Source: Tolypothrix carrinoi HA7290-LM1 (lineage in GTDB: Bacteria; Cyanobacteriota; Cyanobacteriia; Cyanobacteriales; Nostocaceae). From it: a stretch of DNA of 64,000 nucleotides. The notes under the pieces were generated by a model. That model saw only the letters and a list, made by a program, of their open reading frames with translations, had not been told where the DNA came from and searched no databases. Below are positions 30,242-41,319 of this stretch, piece after piece. Position 1 is the first letter of the stretch. Every line of letters begins with the position of its first letter. A program made the position numbers and the translations under genes. The DNA lies in assembly GCA_019358935.1 (NCBI GenBank), contig JAHHIK010000016.1, positions 1 through 64,000 on the forward strand, in the 5' to 3' direction.

Positions 30242-31012
30242 TCAAAGTTGAAATAACAAATCATCAATTGCTTTGAAAATTAACTGCGATGTTTCCTTTT
30301 GTGAGTGCTGATTATCCAAAACAGCTTCTAAAATTCGCTTCAAATTTAGCAGCTTCAAACTGTTAGGAACCTTAGCTGTCAAAATCGCCTCTACAGCTTG
30401 CTGATGACCAACAGATCCTAAATCAAATATCGCTGCCCAACGCAAATACATATTCTCATGGTTGAGATTTTTAACAATACGTTCAATGTACTGGGGCTGT
30501 TGAGTCAAAAGATACATATACCGCGCCGCTGCACATTGTACCCGCTCAGAAGGATGATGAAGAAAAGGTTCAACTAAAGAGCGAGCTGACCAAACTTGCA
30601 AAGTGGCTAGTGCTTCAATTAGCGCTTCATAAGGTTGCTCTTGGGTGGATTGCAAAAGCTGAAGCAAAGGAGTAGACGCTTTTTCGTCACCAATAGCCGC
30701 TAAAGCTTGAATTGCTGCTTCCCGCAGACGCAAATCAGTATCACATTCTAACGCTGCAATTAACGCGCTAACGGCTTGCGGATTTTGCAGTTGTCCCAGC
30801 GCTCGTGCGGCTTGACGGCGCAGAGGATACCCACCTGACGGGATGCGATAGTTTGCATCCGCAAGGGCATTACACAGCGCCTCACAGCCGGATTGTACCC
30901 GATGCTTCCCCAGCCACCAAGCAGCATAATAACGAATTTGATTATCTTCGCAAGACAGCGCCGCGATCGCTGAATCCGGAGACAAAATCGGTTCGGGGTG
31001 TTGAGTATTCAT
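30242..31012 (-). CDS. pecE: Phycoerythrocyanin lyase-isomerase subunit E
   Basis: RYYAAWWLG and GGYPLRRQAARALG motifs. True start is MNTQHPEP at 31012. Confidence 0.92.
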   Translation of the reverse strand: MNTQHPEPILSPDSAIAALSCEDNQIRYYAAWWLGKHRVQSGCEALCNALADANYRIPSGGYPLRRQAARALGQLQNPQAVSALIAALECDTDLRLREAAIQALAAIGDEKASTPLLQLLQSTQEQPYEALIEALATLQVWSARSLVEPFLHHPSERVQCAAARYMYLLTQQPQYIERIVKNLNHENMYLRWAAIFDLGSVGHQQAVEAILTAKVPNSLKLLNLKRILEAVLDNQHSQKETSQLIFKAIDDLLFQL

Positions 31013-31181
31013 AAGAATTGGGAGTGGGGAGTGGGGAGTGGGGGAGTGGGGGGACAAGGGGGAGAGGGGATGAGGGGGATGAGGGAGAAATTCCTCCTTG
31101 TCCCCCTTGTCCTCCTTGTCTCCTTGTCCCCTTGTCTCCTTGTCCCCCCCTCTCCCCATCCCCCCCTCTCCCCCTCCTCTC

Positions 31182-32012
31182 CTACACTTGGGAAATGTTA
31201 ACGATCTTCCCACCGCGCTTGTGGATTTCTTGGTATGTGGCGGAGAGTCGTTCGTAGGGTACGGTGTAAACTTGTACGCTACGACGCACTGCTGCTTTAG
31301 AACCAATTCCACCAGCGATCGCTTGAATCACAAACATGCGAGAATCTCCTTTTGGAGCCGCACTAATTAACGTTGGTGCTGTTGAGGCAAAGTGACTGCC
31401 TGGTGATGAAGGTGGCGAAATCCAGTTAGCCGAATTCGTTGATATTTTTGACCGCAAGCGTGAATTTTTACGCCCCATTTGCGCGTTATCACTGTTCCCG
31501 TCACCGCGATAAAGTTCAAATATGCGGTTATATCCTACAGTCTTCATTCCCGGAATTGATTGAAATCCACGGTAATAAGGAACGACAGAAGTACCAAAAG
31601 CATTTTCGTATTCTGTGCCGTAAATGTAAGACTCAATATCCGCATCGTAGCCACGAGATGCGTAAAGGTCTGTATGATAAGCAATTTCTGATTGATCGTA
31701 GGGAGCGCGTCCTAATAAGTGCTTGTAGTTCAACTCAATAAAACGCCCTTGGGAATTACTGTAAAAAAAGCATTCCTTGTAAAATTCAGATTTTGCTAAA
31801 ATCTCAATGAATTGTTGAACGTTGATTTTGCCGTTACGTAACAAAGCTTCAGCGCTAGTAAATTTTTGACTTGCGTATACTCCTTGACGCCCAAAAACTT
31901 GTTCGTAAGCAGCCTTGAATAGTATTCGCAAATCATCTTGAGTCCAATTTTGGCGAAGCTCAACTTTTTTGCCGATTAAATCTCTAACCCCTAGTCTTTC
32001 TGCAACAGTCAT
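31182..32012 (-). CDS. pecC: Phycoerythrocyanin-associated rod linker
   Basis: PBS linker plus CpcD domain, follows pecA. Confidence 0.93.
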   Translation of the reverse strand: MTVAERLGVRDLIGKKVELRQNWTQDDLRILFKAAYEQVFGRQGVYASQKFTSAEALLRNGKINVQQFIEILAKSEFYKECFFYSNSQGRFIELNYKHLLGRAPYDQSEIAYHTDLYASRGYDADIESYIYGTEYENAFGTSVVPYYRGFQSIPGMKTVGYNRIFELYRGDGNSDNAQMGRKNSRLRSKISTNSANWISPPSSPGSHFASTAPTLISAAPKGDSRMFVIQAIAGGIGSKAAVRRSVQVYTVPYERLSATYQEIHKRGGKIVNISQV

Positions 32013-32056
32013 CTTGCTAATCGCTCCTTTGCATTCGATTTTTCTTATTAATAAAA

Positions 32057-32188
32057 TTGGGTCTTTGAAATTACATAAAGACTGAAAACAAAGATAAACA
32101 ATACTGTTTGTAGTAGCGCTACACTACGACAAAACATTTAATTTTGCCTATCTAATTAATCAGTAATTATCTACTTCCAAAGACCCAA
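32057..32188 (-). terminator. Long inverted repeat between pecA and pecC
   Basis: ttgggtctttg / caaagacccaa 11-bp arms. Confidence 0.5.
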
Positions 32189-32198
32189 GAGTTTTGCC

Positions 32199-32687
32199 TT
32201 AGCTCAATGCGTTGATTGCATAATTGAGGTAAGTATTAGCTTCACCAGCTACGTCACCACTCAAACCATGATTGTCACGGACAAATTCTAAAGCGGCTAC
32301 ATACCAGCTAGGAGATAAACCAAGAGCGCTGTTGAGTTCGCTCAAACCTGCAACTACATATTCATCTAAAGGTCCAGTTCCACCAACTACACAGCAATAG
32401 CTGATAGTGCGGAGGTAGTGGTCGATGTCACGCACGCACTTAGATTTACCTTCGCTTGAAGAAGCGTATTGGGGTCCTTGCATTTGCGTGGTGTAGGGGA
32501 ACTTTTGATAAACGTGATTGGCTGCTGCTTCCGACCATTTCTTACCATTATCAGAGAAAGCTTTGGCGGCGTCTAAACCTGCACGAGCGCGGTTGAAACG
32601 ACCAAATACCGCTTGCATTTCGGTATTGCTGAGGTAAGATCCGCGAACATCTGCGGAGGCGATCGCTTCAGTCAATGGGGTTTTCAT
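32199..32687 (-). CDS. pecA: Phycoerythrocyanin alpha subunit
   Basis: [19 protein letters not shown] and ISYCCVVGG. Confidence 0.97.
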   Translation of the reverse strand: MKTPLTEAIASADVRGSYLSNTEMQAVFGRFNRARAGLDAAKAFSDNGKKWSEAAANHVYQKFPYTTQMQGPQYASSSEGKSKCVRDIDHYLRTISYCCVVGGTGPLDEYVVAGLSELNSALGLSPSWYVAALEFVRDNHGLSGDVAGEANTYLNYAINALS

Positions 32688-32741
32688 GAGTCTCTTTTTC
32701 TCCGATAATTACTAAAAAAAATGCTTTGAAAAAACGCTTGC

Positions 32742-33260
32742 TTAAGCAACTGCGGAAGCTGCGCGATCGAAATAGCTAGCCACTTCAGACATCAACTGGC
32801 TGCAATCACCTTTGGTGATATTGTTGGGGTCATTGGCAATATTCAGTGCAGATTCTTTCATCTTTTGAATTCCTGATGCTACTGCATCACCAGGAGTACC
32901 AAGTGCTTGATAAGTTTCACGCAAACCGTTCAAGCAGCGATCGTCCATTGCACTGGCATCGCCTGATAATATTGAATAGGTGACATAACGCAGAATAAAT
33001 CCCATGTCGCGGATGCAAGCAGCTTGATTGCGGTTGTGGAAGCAAGCACCACCAGCATTAAATACTTGGGGACGTTCTGCAACTAAGGCGCGATAAGCAT
33101 TCGCCACAATCGAGGAAGCATTACTGGTAAGTCTGTTGACTGTATCTAAGCGCTTATTGCTATCACCAACCAATGCTGATAGAGCATTGATTTCGTCACT
33201 GCTTAGGTAAGAACCTTTTCTGTCGGCTTGTTCAACTACTCTGGAAAAAGCGTCAAGCAT
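32742..33260 (-). CDS. pecB: Phycoerythrocyanin beta subunit
   Basis: [13 protein letters not shown] and [16 protein letters not shown]. Confidence 0.97.
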   Translation of the reverse strand: MLDAFSRVVEQADRKGSYLSSDEINALSALVGDSNKRLDTVNRLTSNASSIVANAYRALVAERPQVFNAGGACFHNRNQAACIRDMGFILRYVTYSILSGDASAMDDRCLNGLRETYQALGTPGDAVASGIQKMKESALNIANDPNNITKGDCSQLMSEVASYFDRAASAVA

Positions 33261-33909
33261 TTCTTAAATTCCTCTGAAAATCATGGCAGTTATTTTTCGG
33301 TTAAAAACAATTAACTAATCATTGCCATTAATATAAATCTGGCAATAATCGCACATCAAAAATACTCGATGCACTGTATTAATTTGCAATCAAGTAATTT
33401 GAAACAACTGTGTTTTTTTGCTTGTTGTAATTGCTTTTAAAACCTTCTTTGTATTTTATATATCGATTGAGTTCCTTTTTTATTAAGTTTTTTCAATTTG
33501 TGTAAAACTCTACAGCAATTCGGGAAAATCATTACCAGTAAGGGTTTGTTCAAATTTATTTACTAAATGCTTTACAATTGCATACTTTTCTTTACATCGC
33601 TTCATACAATCGGGTTTATACTGATTTTCGTAGTCATCAAAAAATTAATAACCTCTAAGTATTGCAGTCTGCTAAAGCGTTATGGAGATTATGTAAAGAA
33701 AATTTTGTATCTTATGTCACAAGTTTCTGTAAATTAAGTAGAGTAAAAATGCTCATCATCTAAAACTGCAAATGTCAAGCTGAAATCCTTGATACAAGCG
33801 GTTATTGCCGCGATTTAGGGCAACTTTGATGCAGCAGTTATTTATAACTTTTTGTAAAGCTTAATTAAGAAAACTCGAAAAAATTTATCAGATTTCTCAG
33901 ATTTTATGT

Positions 33910-34842
33910 CTAAGAGGAGATGGCAGCGCGTCTTCGGAGAACTTCTAGCAGAGTTGTGAAAGTTTGGGGAGGGGGTGCTGTTACCTCAATCAACTCTCCA
34001 GACAGCGGATGTTGTAACTTGAGTTGCCAAGCGTGCAATGCTTGACCAGGTAAATTTACACCTATGGAACGATTGGAACTATAAATAGGGTCGCCGACAA
34101 TGGGATGATTAATTTGGGCGCTATGTACGCGAATTTGATGGGTGCGACCAGTTTCTAGCTGAAAGTGGATTAATGTATAGTTGCCCAAGCGTTCTAATAT
34201 TCGCCAATGAGTGACAGCGTTGCGTCCACCTTGTTCAACGGGTACGATCGCCATTTTTTTGCGGTCTTGTGGATGACGCCCAATCGGGAGTTCAATTGTA
34301 CCACTTTCAGTTTTAGTAGCACCGTAGACAATGCCCAAATATTCTCGACGTGCGGTTTTGGCTTTGAGTTGCGCTTGGAGATGTTGATGAGCAAGTTCTG
34401 TTTTGGCGATCGCGATCGCTCCGGTTGTATCCTTATCTAATCGATGGACAATTCCCGGACGTTGCACACCACCGATACCTGGTAAATTAGGACAATGAGC
34501 CAACAAAGCATTTACTAACGTTCCATCTGGATGACCGGGTGCAGGATGAACGACTAAGCCAGCGGGTTTGTTGAGAATTAATAGAGAATCGTCTTCGTAG
34601 AGAATATCTAAGGGAATATCTTCAGCTTGCAGTTTTAAAGGTTCCGCTTCTGGTATTTGTAGAGTAATGCGATCGCCTGCTTTGACATTTATCTTTTTAG
34701 ATGTGCAGACTTTGCCGTTGAGTTGAAGTTGACCTTGTTCGATTAACTGTTGAATGCGCGATCGCGATAATGGTAATTCTTGGGTAAGATAGCGGTCTAA
34801 GCGTACCCCGTTTTCTTCGACTTGTAAATTAAATTCAGTCAC
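33910..34842 (-). CDS. rluD: RluA/RluD family pseudouridine synthase
   Basis: S4 domain with HRLDKDTTG and TGRTHQIRVH motifs. Confidence 0.9.
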   Translation of the reverse strand: MTEFNLQVEENGVRLDRYLTQELPLSRSRIQQLIEQGQLQLNGKVCTSKKINVKAGDRITLQIPEAEPLKLQAEDIPLDILYEDDSLLILNKPAGLVVHPAPGHPDGTLVNALLAHCPNLPGIGGVQRPGIVHRLDKDTTGAIAIAKTELAHQHLQAQLKAKTARREYLGIVYGATKTESGTIELPIGRHPQDRKKMAIVPVEQGGRNAVTHWRILERLGNYTLIHFQLETGRTHQIRVHSAQINHPIVGDPIYSSNRSIGVNLPGQALHAWQLKLQHPLSGELIEVTAPPPQTFTTLLEVLRRRAAISS

Positions 34843-35534
34843 AATTGTTCTGGATTAATTCCTCTTTCTTTTAGTAAAGTACGAAGAGCTTGCAACTGTG
34901 CTTCAGCTTGCTCTGCTCTTGCTTCAGCTTCTTCTGCTCTTGCTTCAGCCTGCTGTCGTTGTTGATCTAGTTCTAAATAGGTGAAAAATGGCTTACCTGA
35001 GGGTGAGAAAATTTGTAGTTTTTCCTTCGATAACTCAAAGCGCACCCCTAATCTCGGACTCACCCAACCAGTCATCTGGTCAATTACTTCTAAACTTGAT
35101 TCACGACGCCGCCAACCTGTAAAGTCTACAACATCAGGTTTATACAGATAATATTCTTCTACACCGTAGCGTTCATAAAACTCAAATTTCTTAGCCATCT
35201 GGGAGAGACGGTTTCCTGGGGACCAAATTTCAAACACTACCTGCGGGGGAATGTTATCTTCTAGCCACTGTTGATAAGAGCCTCGGTATCCTTTCGGTCT
35301 GCCAAATACTACCATTACGTCAGGAGCTAGGCGAAGGTTATTATCGCCTTCAACTGGATACCATAGTAAGTCACCAGCCACAAACACATGCGGATCGTTA
35401 GCAAACAACAACTCTAAGTTTTCTTTAATCCAGACAATTAATTGAAACTGTTCAGTATTGTCCGCCATTGGTTCTCCGTCGCTGTCGGGGTAGATGATAT
35501 CTTTTCGGCTGGACGATGACAAGTGTGTAACCAT
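34839..35534 (-). CDS. Uma2 (DUF820) family endonuclease
   Basis: YPDSDGEPMADN, APDVMVVFG and FEIWSPGN motifs, coiled-coil tail. Confidence 0.92.
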   Translation of the reverse strand: MVTHLSSSSRKDIIYPDSDGEPMADNTEQFQLIVWIKENLELLFANDPHVFVAGDLLWYPVEGDNNLRLAPDVMVVFGRPKGYRGSYQQWLEDNIPPQVVFEIWSPGNRLSQMAKKFEFYERYGVEEYYLYKPDVVDFTGWRRRESSLEVIDQMTGWVSPRLGVRFELSKEKLQIFSPSGKPFFTYLELDQQRQQAEARAEEAEARAEQAEAQLQALRTLLKERGINPEQL

Positions 35535-36580
35535 TGCTGTCAGTTTTTTTGACTGGTGGTGTTATTAATTTTAACGAAAGTGGCGATCGCTTTTTTCCAA
35601 ACAAAATGTTATTCCTTGGCAGATAGCAAAAGAATCTATACAAAACTGTTTTTCTTTATACGATTATTATAATTAAGTAAAAGCACGTAATATATTATAA
35701 TTGATAAAATATTTCCGACTAATTATATATTTATCGTTCATAGTTTCTTTACTTTATCCCAATTATTTTTACATAGTTTTTAACTGTTTTGAAAAATTTG
35801 GAGTAACCTAAATACTAGGAGTAGCTTACTTACATCTACCATTTAGGTGAAAATTTTCCTTTTCTAGATATGCACTATGGTTTTTGAGTTTCGCTGCCAA
35901 GTTGAGAATTTGGTATTTAGAATTCTCCAGGTGAATACTCATCACCAAACAACGCGATTAGCATGTTTTGTGTACTGATGAAGGAATTGCCTTCTTCTGA
36001 GTGATTAGCCGCTGCATCTGATTACACTCCTTCGCTACGTAAATTATCAGATACTTCACTTTTATTAGGAGTTTGCCATTTTTGTTTCTAAAGCGAAGAT
36101 ATTGCCCAAACTTGGGAAAAAAGCTCTACAATCCGACGTTTGGGTAATATTTTCAACTTTGATAAACTAGATACGCAATTTAAGTGCAGCTTTGCACTCT
36201 TAGTTGCGAGAAGTCGTGCAATGGTTGTGAGACAAGTTGATTAAGGAGCAAATTTTGCTTTTTTTTGCAAGAAAATAAATTACAATCTCACACCTCGAAA
36301 CACGCTCAACAGCGTTATTCTAGCACCGTGCTGAGTAGCGCTGAACCTCTATGTCGGCGTTTAAGCTACTGTTAGATTAGCGAAAGATACAGAATGTACA
36401 ATCTGATTTTTGGAATACTGTTGAATGGCAATAATTTGAGCCATTTTGCTATTTGGCAATAATAGCATGGCGTGTCTCTTCTATTCGCCCCCAGTAACCA
36501 TGACAATATACCTGTGAATTCCGGACAGGATATTGACCAATTTCAATTGCAAATATTAATTTTATATAAGAGCCGTAGCA

Positions 36581-37666
36581 ATGAAGACACTTCCCATTAG
36601 TAGATACAGATTTTTCCAGAAGCTACAACCCCTCTCTCTATTGACCAAAATTAGTAATAAGTCTGTTACTGGTTGTTTGCAAGTATTTAGTACCACAGGT
36701 TCTTGGTCAATCTATATAGAGTCAGGTAAATTAACTTATGGCTGCTACTCAGATCGCGTCTTTGAAATGCTTTACAAAAATTTGCAGCGATTGAGTCAAC
36801 ATATTCCTGCTTTTCCGAAAGGAATTTACGAGCAGTTACGGGCAATATTTGAAACAGGTATTGATAATGAAGCAATACCGAATCCAGATTATCTAGCTAT
36901 TTGCTGGTTAGTTAATCAAAAGTATCTTAGCCCAACGCAAGCGGGGATTTTGATAGAGCAATTAGCAATAGAAGTTTTGGAATCGTTTTTGAGATTACAA
37001 GAGGGAAGTTATGAGTTTACTCATGAAAGCTTTCTTGATGATATGCCAAAGTTCTGTCATTTGAATTTGCGATCGCTTGTCGAAAAGAGTCAGAAGCGAG
37101 CTTCATACCGCAAAAATACTCAGTCCCAAGTTTCCCTAGCACAGCGATCGCAATTTTTACGCGAACCTCAACCAAAATCGCAACAATTACCCAGACAAAA
37201 CGGCTATAAACCACAAGAAAATCCTAACTCGGCTTCACCCCGCGATGTTCACATTGCTGATAAAAGTATAGAGCAAAACAACCAGCAATCAACGGAGAAG
37301 AAACTTTATAAAATCTTCTGCATTGATGATAGTCCCACAGTATTGAATGCAATGAAAAGCTTTTTAGATGAGCAAATGTTTTCTGTTATTGCAGTTAACG
37401 AACCATTAAAAGCTTTAATGCAAATTCTCCGTACCAAACCAGATGTGATTTTACTAGACATTGAAATGCCGAATTTAGATGGATATGAATTATGCTCTTT
37501 GTTGCGGAAACATTCATATTTTAAAAACACACCTGTGATTATGGTTACAGGTAGGACAGGATTAATAGATAGAGCTAAAGCAAAGATAGTTAGAGCGTCT
37601 GGCTATTTAACTAAGCCTTTTACACAAGCAGATTTATTGAAAACTGTTTTTCAACACATTGTTTAA
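36581..37666 (+). CDS. patA: Heterocyst pattern protein PatA (PATAN plus receiver domain)
   Basis: MKTLPISRYRFFQKLQPLSLL start and C-terminal REC domain (IDDS, LLDIEMP, YLTKPF). Confidence 0.9.
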   Translation: MKTLPISRYRFFQKLQPLSLLTKISNKSVTGCLQVFSTTGSWSIYIESGKLTYGCYSDRVFEMLYKNLQRLSQHIPAFPKGIYEQLRAIFETGIDNEAIPNPDYLAICWLVNQKYLSPTQAGILIEQLAIEVLESFLRLQEGSYEFTHESFLDDMPKFCHLNLRSLVEKSQKRASYRKNTQSQVSLAQRSQFLREPQPKSQQLPRQNGYKPQENPNSASPRDVHIADKSIEQNNQQSTEKKLYKIFCIDDSPTVLNAMKSFLDEQMFSVIAVNEPLKALMQILRTKPDVILLDIEMPNLDGYELCSLLRKHSYFKNTPVIMVTGRTGLIDRAKAKIVRASGYLTKPFTQADLLKTVFQHIV

Positions 37667-38183
37667 TTCAGCAATCAGATTGTCAAGACGCTAAACTAAC
37701 TTATTTATGCTAAAATATTTAACTTTTAGTGTTAGTTGCTTTGGCATAATTATGATGCTCAAAGATGCTTGCATTCCAACACTATTAAAGTGACTGGCGT
37801 TGTGTTGCTTTCTCAAAATAAATCTGGTTAATCAACAAGTTTTGAGTGTAATTTCCAGTTACAAAAATTAAGCGAATCAGCATTTTATGACTTGGAGATA
37901 AAATGCTGACACCTATAACTCAAGCTTTACAGCCGCAAACAGCTTCTGGTGCAATTTAATTAGTGGCTGCATGGATCTACATTCTATCATGAGCAGGTCA
38001 AAAATTGCAATTCATACCTGACAAATCTAATCTTACTAAGCTATAGCGATCGCATATGTCAAAACCCTTATTTATTAGTATCTTTGATTTGATTGATTAA
38101 AGAAAATTACTAATAATAAAGAAAGTTTTGCGCGACTGGTTACAATTTTTGCTAAATAACAAGGGCTGCGTTCTTTGATTTGT

Positions 38184-38434
38184 AGGACTTACGCACAGCT
38201 CACGGAAAAACGTTCGCCCTTGGCGTTGCCGTTGGCGAAGCCTCTCGTTCGCCCTTGGCGTCTTTGAAGGAGAAGAGAAGGCTACCGCAGAGAACGCAGA
38301 GAAGCCAGTGCGTTGCGGAGCCAGCGCCGTGGGCGGGTTTCCCGACTTGAGGCGACTGGCGTGGGGTTCCCCCCGTTGTAGCACCTGGCGCGACACGGAA
38401 GTTGAGAGTTTGGGAGAGTTTTTGCGTAAGTCCC
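38184..38434. mobile_element. MITE-like element with GGACTTACGCA terminal inverted repeats carrying nested small repeats
   Basis: aggacttacgca (38184-38195) / tgcgtaagtccc (38423-38434). gatttg occurs on both flanks. No transposase. Confidence 0.75.
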
Positions 38435-38554
38435 GATTTGAATAAAATCGACCATTAAAGTTTACGTAAGCTGCATAAATAGCACATAAAGTCACCTATT
38501 ACTTTATATCAGGGATGTAGAAAGAATCGAGAGTGATTCAATAGGGGCGCACTT

Positions 38555-41266
38555 ATGGCTAAACGTATCTACCGAAAGCTTTTAACTCATATTAGTTTAT
38601 GTGCGATCGCTATTTCATCGCCTTTACTTTTGACCGGCATCAGTTGGGCGCAAACCTCCACCGACACCAAAGTTGAGCAAATTCAGCAGCAAAAGCCAGA
38701 AGATATCCAAAAGCGTTCAAATCAAATCAATGCTTTAATTAAACGCAATTCGCCAGATGCTATTGTTGAGCTAAAAAAGGCTTTGAAAGACAGTAATCAA
38801 GAGATGCGTAGCTATGCAACCGATGGTCTGAGGAGCATCGGTACAGGTGCTGAAGCTGCTTTGCCTGACCTGATTGAGACTCTTAAAAAAGACCCAGATA
38901 AGGATGTGCGTGCTGGTGCAGTCAGGGCTATCAGAGCGATCGCTCCAGAAGCAGGTGTCCCTGCATTCATCCAAGCTTTCAAACAAGACTCAGATGCTAG
39001 AGTGCGCGAACTAGCTGCCCAAGCTTTAGGGGAGGTTCCGACAAAAGCCAAACAAGCTATTCCTGACTTGATCGAAGCTCTTCTAAACAACCCGAAGCTA
39101 GACGTGCGTAAAGGTGCGGCTGAAGCCTTGGCAAAGATAGAGTTGCATCGAGATGCTGTGCCTGACCTGAGAAAGGCACTAAAAGACACAAGTTGGCAGG
39201 TGCGTCGCTCTGCTGCTGAAGCTTTAGGAAATATTGGTGCAGAAGCTTCATCCGCTGTACCTGACCTAATTTCTGCTCTCAAAAAAGACCGTAACTATAC
39301 CATGCGTCGCTCTGCTGCTGAAGCTTTAGGAAATATTGGTATGAAAGCTTCATCCGCTGTACCTCAACTAATTGCCGCTCTGAAAGACCAAAATTTTAAG
39401 GTACGTGGCTCTGCTGCTGAAGCCTTGGGAAAGATGGGTATAGAAGCTTCATCAGCTATGCCGAATCTGATTATAAATCTCAAAGACGAGAATAAAGATG
39501 TGCGTCGCAAGACAGTCACTGCCCTGAGCCAGATTGGTCTTAGCCTTAAGACCAAGGCAAGCAATAATCAGCTATCCATCTCAGAATTGAATCGAGGCAT
39601 ATCGCCTTTGGAGACAGCCTTAAAAATTGTAGAAGAGCCTAAGAATAAGTTCTCAACAGAAGATATGGAAAAAATAAAACAAGTTCTCAATCTTCTTAAT
39701 AGCAAAAAAACAGAACACTTATTCATCAATCAGATTCTCAAGAATCCGTTAGTATGGGGAGTTGGAATTTACTTTATCTTACTCTTCGGGATTTTTTGGT
39801 TACGCCCTCTGTGGTTGCTAAAAATTGATAAATTCCTAAAACCTATAGGTTTTAAAGTGCCTGTTGTCGGTACAGAAATATCGCTGAACTTTTTATTGTT
39901 GCTGCTGAAAGACCACCCCAGAGCGCTAGATGCTTGGGTAGCTGCACACCTGAAATCAGTTAGAGAGGAATTTCAGGAAAAGGATACAATCAGCAATAGA
40001 AATGTTTATATATCTATCCCTGTTATACACAACGGTAAAACCGTAGCCCAAATTAACGGCAAAGATTTGTACGCTAGCTTTAAAAAACACCGAGATTGCT
40101 TGCTGATTCAGGGTGAAGGCGGAGTAGGTAAGACCAGCCTTGCCTGTCAAATCGCGAAGTGGGCAATGTCTGAAGATGAGGCAGAACGCCTCTGCCAGCA
40201 CCCGATGTTACCAGTGCTAATTGAGGAAGAACTGGATTTGCAATCAGCAGATGATACACGAGTAGCAGCTAAACGAGCTTTGATGGCGGCTATCAGGGGA
40301 CAGGTGCAAGATTTGACCAACCAAGCAGAGCCACCCTCCGAGGAATTACTGGAACTCCTCCTTAAGCATCGGCGAATTTTGGTAATTGTAGATCACTTTT
40401 CGGAAATGAGCGAAGCCACACGCAAAGCAATTCGCCCTGAATCTCCGGATTTTCCGATCAACGCTTTAATTGTCACCTCACGCTTTGAGGAAAAGCTGGG
40501 TGGAGTAACCAAAACTACCTTAAAGCCTTTGCGAATTGAGGGTAATCGCCTGTCGTCGTTTATGGAAGCCTACTTAACTCAGCAAGGCAAGCGTGACTTG
40601 TTTACCGATACAGAGTTTTTCAATGCTTGCAGTCGCCTGTCGCTGATGGTGGGTCAGCGAAACATCACCGCACTACTAGCGAAACTGTATGCCGAACAAC
40701 TGATTGCTGTCAAGGTTGAGGGGATGAAGGAGTTAGCCTTACAGATGCCTGATAGTATCCCGGATTTGATGCTTTCTTACCTAAACGAACTTAACGCAAG
40801 CGTGAGCGGGGTAAAATTGAGCGATCGCACTGTACACAAAGATGCGAGTGCGATCGCTTGGGAATGCCTCAAACAAACTCTTCGACCTGCAACTGCTAAT
40901 ACAGAGGTGGCGATCGCTATCCTGGGTGGTAACAATGCGGAAACTCGCCTCAAGTATCTAGAAGACCGTCTCCGGTTGATCCAAACTATCGGTGCTGCAC
41001 AAGACCAAATCCGCTTTGCCCTTGACCCCTTAGCAGAATATCTGGCGGCTTTGCACTTAATAGACTTTTACGGCAAAGACTCGCAATTATGGCAGGAGTT
41101 CTTACAACAAGCAGAGGCTATACCCGGATCGCCAGATTCAATCAAAGGTTTCCTCCTCGCACTGCGAGATTGTTGCCTTATCAAAGGCAAACAAGCAAAC
41201 GTGCCAAACTTTGTAGCAGAGGAATTGGGAAAACTGGCGAGTTTATCTCCACTTGTAGCAGTTTAA
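38555..41266 (+). CDS. Signal peptide, HEAT repeats, TM helix and NACHT/STAND-like P-loop NTPase
   Basis: VRRSAAEALGNIG repeats, TM LVWGVGIYFILLFGIFW, Walker A GEGGVGKT and Walker B ILVIVD. Confidence 0.85.
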   Translation: MAKRIYRKLLTHISLCAIAISSPLLLTGISWAQTSTDTKVEQIQQQKPEDIQKRSNQINALIKRNSPDAIVELKKALKDSNQEMRSYATDGLRSIGTGAEAALPDLIETLKKDPDKDVRAGAVRAIRAIAPEAGVPAFIQAFKQDSDARVRELAAQALGEVPTKAKQAIPDLIEALLNNPKLDVRKGAAEALAKIELHRDAVPDLRKALKDTSWQVRRSAAEALGNIGAEASSAVPDLISALKKDRNYTMRRSAAEALGNIGMKASSAVPQLIAALKDQNFKVRGSAAEALGKMGIEASSAMPNLIINLKDENKDVRRKTVTALSQIGLSLKTKASNNQLSISELNRGISPLETALKIVEEPKNKFSTEDMEKIKQVLNLLNSKKTEHLFINQILKNPLVWGVGIYFILLFGIFWLRPLWLLKIDKFLKPIGFKVPVVGTEISLNFLLLLLKDHPRALDAWVAAHLKSVREEFQEKDTISNRNVYISIPVIHNGKTVAQINGKDLYASFKKHRDCLLIQGEGGVGKTSLACQIAKWAMSEDEAERLCQHPMLPVLIEEELDLQSADDTRVAAKRALMAAIRGQVQDLTNQAEPPSEELLELLLKHRRILVIVDHFSEMSEATRKAIRPESPDFPINALIVTSRFEEKLGGVTKTTLKPLRIEGNRLSSFMEAYLTQQGKRDLFTDTEFFNACSRLSLMVGQRNITALLAKLYAEQLIAVKVEGMKELALQMPDSIPDLMLSYLNELNASVSGVKLSDRTVHKDASAIAWECLKQTLRPATANTEVAIAILGGNNAETRLKYLEDRLRLIQTIGAAQDQIRFALDPLAEYLAALHLIDFYGKDSQLWQEFLQQAEAIPGSPDSIKGFLLALRDCCLIKGKQANVPNFVAEELGKLASLSPLVAV

Positions 41267-41319
41267 TTTCTATAGTGTCAAACCGGACGACAAGCAGATA
41301 CTCCCTTCCCGCTACAAAA

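Noticed and set aside
31013..31312. 100-aa N-terminal extension of PecE in the ORF track
   Set aside because: It translates a low-complexity repeat and overlaps pecC. The real start is ATG 31012.
35802..35833. NtcA boxes upstream of patA
   Set aside because: Both candidates are GTA-N7-TAC, not the canonical GTA-N8-TAC.
38771..39564. Antisense ORFs over the HEAT gene and other long genes
   Set aside because: Shadow frames of well-supported CDSs.
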